Of a DNA stretch of 64,000 nt, positions 60,354 to 64,000 are shown one piece after another (the first letter of the stretch is position 1; each line of letters begins with the position of its first letter). Below the pieces are notes generated by a model. That model did no database searches, was not told the DNA's origin, and worked only from the letters and a program-made list of their open reading frames with translations. Source of the stretch: Macrostomum hystrix (Eukaryota; Animalia; Platyhelminthes); the NCBI GenBank assembly GCA_950097015.1, contig CATNEN010000038.1:1488001-1552000 (forward strand), given 5' to 3'. The position numbers were made by a program, and so were the translations under genes.

Positions 60354-63300
60354 ATGATATCAACAGTGGCAGCAATTCTGTGGCTCCTGGCCATGCAACT
60401 GAGCGCGGTTCATTTGACGGAGCCGTTGGGCCAGGGCACAAGAAACAGCAGAATCCAGGATTCTTTCGGCAGAATCCAGGCCGCCATTCAGTTGAGGCAC
60501 TCGGCAAACATCACGGATGTGCTGGAGAGACGGATCCTTTACCAGCTATCTGACAATGGGTGCGCTAATTCTGATCATGAACAGTCTCACTCTCACCAAA
60601 TCACTATCTCTACCTTTTATCTTCTACATATTCAGAGTTCTCAGTTCTTTCATCCTAATTGGACTTCACAGTATTAAAATGAATATAGATTTTTAGTTTA
60701 CACTTTTGTGTATAATTTCGTTCACACATGGAACATTTGACCGTAAATAGTAATATCAAGGACCACTAGAAGAAAGGGGACACTTCGTTTCTTGGAAAAT
60801 TTAAATAATGACAGATTTTCCCTATTGATTATGAAACACAATAGCCAATCAATAGCTATCTCGTCACTAACTCAATCTTACAGTCATTTTCTAATCAATG
60901 AATGAAGCTTTCTAAAATTCATTGAAGCAGCATGTTTAGCAAGATAAATTAAAACAACAGCATTGGATATGCTTCCAATAAAAAGACGGACATCAACATT
61001 TTAATTTGAAAAACGTGAAAAGTTTTTATCTCGCTGGTGCATTTTCTTCAGTGGTCCTTGAGTAATATTTTGTATCTAGACTAGCAAAATAACCCCCCAA
61101 CAGTTGCATATCTCTTTGATTCGACTGACTGTAGATATAAAAACTTTTGTAACTAGGTAAAAAAGAATAATCAGTTAATCAATAATTTCTTCGAATTGTA
61201 GCTCTCGTTTTGGCTCCCCTATCCAGATAATATTTTTAAATCAGGTTAACTTAATTACGTTGCTAATTTAAGAAAATTCTACTTTTACTGGTAAGACACA
61301 ACCGGTGCATTTTGTCCGTTGGGCTAGCTTGAACTAACTTGTCAGTTGTTTAAATACGAGCTACCCTGTCCTCATGCACCCCAAAGAAAGCAAAGCCTGC
61401 GGTTTCACAAAAATTCTGGCTTGCGTCTGGCTGCGCAACTATTTGCCACTGTGACACCCTGCACTGGACCACTGAGCGCAAACTTCAGTGCTACATGGAC
61501 CGACACTGACATTGCTAGAAGCATCAAGGCAGAAATAATTAACGACAACTTGGCAACGTCAAGCAAAGGTAAGTAAGTCTATGGTACAAAGTGCTCAATG
61601 TACGAGTCACTAACAAAACTTTAACTAAAACAGGCAAACGGGACTGGAACATCATGCGGCATGTGAGCAGTCGGAGTGCCACTTACAAACTCACAGACAC
61701 GACGAATCTTGAAGAATTGATTCTGAGACTGAGTAAGCTAGCTGAAGCTGCTGCTAACTCAACACCTACCGATGTGAGAGCCATAATCGGCTTGTCAACT
61801 CGATATCCAAGCATTGAACTCGGAGATGCAAAGTACAATCTACATGTCTGCACCCAGGATCCGGTGAGGCTGCAGTCAATGCTGAGTGTGAAACTGGAAC
61901 CGCTGCTGGGCGCCCCAAGCCTTTTCCAGCGGCAGTTCTGCCTGGTCGTCAATCGAGTGCGGCCGCTGCCCGAGTACTGCGCTGCTCAGGTGGCCCTCGG
62001 AAACCGGCTGCCGTTCGGGCAATACAGCCTACTGAAGGGCACTGAGAGCCTGCGACTGAAGGACGGCGACTTCGTGTTCAACTGTGTCAGCATCACGGAT
62101 GCCGACGAGCTGATGAGATCGCCACCGACTGTCAATATCTCGATTCTAAGATCGACGCTTTCTTCTATACTGTTTGTGAACGCCTTTCTTCTGAAGCCTC
62201 CGACCGGTGAGTTTGCAGGGAATCGAGACAACATTGCGATTCAGACTTTGTAATTTCCATTGGAACATATCACCATCCGTAGAGCGTGGCGCCCACCCGG
62301 AGGCCACAGCCTGGGAGACAGTTCGCCATTATCAGCGCGTCCCGACTGGCACCAAGAAGGCCAACAGTAGAGCTGGCAGCTTCTTAGGCCTTGTCGACTG
62401 TAACGAAAAACGCCTGCCGATTGACGGAGGACGCGTCACTCTGCAAGAGAAGACACCGTTTTTTAAAAAGCGGTTTTTAGTCCAACTGCCTCCAGGTGCC
62501 TCCCTTCTGCTGCGACCCTCTCGACTGAATCTGCTTGGCAATGCCTTCAATGTGCAGATTGAGCCCTACAGCGGTCAGTCCGAGACGTTTCACGAGCTGG
62601 CAGAGTCAGGAAATTTGAGCTGCTCGGATGCTCTTTGGGGCTACGGGGGCATTGTGTGCCGGTCCAGTTTTCAACATTACTGTCTGCCGGGCGATGAAGA
62701 GGCGTGTAGGTTCGACCGTGTGCTAGTCAATGTCGACCTGGGGAGCAAGCGAAAAGACAGCAGCGCTCTGGCCTGGCACACTTACTCGGAAACAGGTGAG
62801 TGAAGATGAAGATTAGCACTTTCATATAATGGACAGATAAATTACTGAAGATTAACAGGGATAGGCAATATTTCGCCGGCGTGCCTGATGCGGCTGTCGC
62901 AGTTCCCACATCCAGCCTCCTGACCTCTTCTAGCACCTGTTAGCCCTTCGGCTGAACATACGATCATCGAAGATGTAGGAGATTTGGTGATTATATTAGG
63001 AGATACAATCGTCACCTAGCACTCGCATTCGAGTATATTTCCTCAGAGCCGTTTTGCCCCTTCTCTCTAGGTCTCTCACTCGCTGAGCAAGCCTGCAGGT
63101 GTTTTGGCCCATGGATAAAGCAATATTAATGTGTGCATAGTACATGAACCATCTCACAATACGTAATTTACATATCATTTCTCCCCGTATCATCTCTTCC
63201 CTGTCTTATTTCCCTATATTTTAATTCGTATCTATCCCTATCTTAACTGTCCCCTGTCTCATCTCCCCTGTCTCATCTCCCCTGTCTCATCTCCCCTGTC

Positions 63301-64000
63301 TCATCTCCCCTGTCTCATCTCCCCTGTCTCATCTCCCCTGTCTCATCTCCCCTGTCTCATCTCCCCTGTCTCATCTCCCCTGTCTCATCTCCCCTGTCTC
63401 ATCTCTCCCGTGTCTCAACTCTCCCGTGTCTCAACTCTCCCGTGTCTCAACTCTCCCCTGTCTCATCTCCCCTGTCTCATCTCCCCTGTCTCATCTCCCC
63501 TGTCTCATCTCCCCTGTCTCATCTCCCCTGTCTCATCTCCCCTGTCTCATCTCCCCTGTCTCATCTCCCCTGTCTCATCTCCCCTGTCTCATCTCCCCTG
63601 TCTCATCTCCCCTGTCTCATCTCCCCTGTCTCATCTCCCCTGTCTCATCTCCCCTGTCTCATCTCCCCTGTCTCATCTCCCCTGTCTCATCTCCCCTGTC
63701 TCATCTCCCCTGTCTCATCTCCCCTGTCTCATCTCCCCTGTCTCACCTCCACCTGTTTCATCTCTTCGCAGCCATAGCAGTCCTCTGACGTCTGTGGCTC
63801 GCGAGATTAATTTGCGACCCCTGCAATTGTACTAGTAGAGGTCATTTCATAATCATTATTATAGCTTTCATACTAGGCCAAAATTTTAATTTAGCGAAAC
63901 AGCAAGCAACAAGAAGCTTAATATTTGTCTGTTGAATTCTAACTATTTCTTGCAGAGAAGAAGCTAGTTTTGCCAATAACAGTCTTTGTGCAGGCAGTTT
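60354..64000 (+). CDS. 5' part of a multi-exon secreted/extracellular protein gene (runs off the window)
   Basis: Signal peptide MISTVAAILWLLAMQLSA. Coding-like exons ~61346-61568, 61634-62206, 62283-62795 and from ~63956 with GT-AG borders. The exon 1-2 junction is unresolved. Confidence 0.6.
63250..63745. repeat. Minisatellite, 14-bp unit CCCCTGTCTCATCT, with 16-bp variants
   Basis: About 35 units. Related to the array inside the hAT MITE at 25007-25946, and followed by a hAT-like terminus TTGCGACCCCTG ending at ~63823. Confidence 0.93.

Overview
Eukaryotic, intron-containing animal DNA. The GT-AG genes, dense ~20-30 bp minisatellites, tRNA-SINEs and acceptor-led gene starts suggest a free-living flatworm such as Macrostomum (inference, not proven). 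The first 20 kb hold two convergent, tightly packed gene runs: + strand BAG3-like (WW+BAG), RPS11, RNF41; - strand TRMT10A, a very divergent Omp85/Sam50-like beta-barrel gene, DNAAF3 and a small PH-CaaX gene. Nearly every start has a 3' splice acceptor just upstream and no visible 5' exon, as expected of SL trans-spliced operons. The Sam50-like ORF is split across 4 exons and the ORF track does not reveal it. It has no ATG of its own and no POTRA domain, and it opens in phase 0 at its acceptor, so it could be initiated by the spliced leader's terminal AUG. From 20 to 52 kb lies a TE-rich accessory region: hAT MITEs, a SINE>solo-LTR>RTE nest, a dead mariner, a CMC/EnSpm relic, two paralogous Rab-like GTPases with the catalytic Gln replaced by Met, and a tandem family of secreted PAN/apple + F-type lectin genes. 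The last 12 kb hold BBOX1, an unknown two-exon gene and the 5' part of a secreted protein gene. Most long ORFs in the track are minisatellite artefacts. Exon coordinates were derived by hand.
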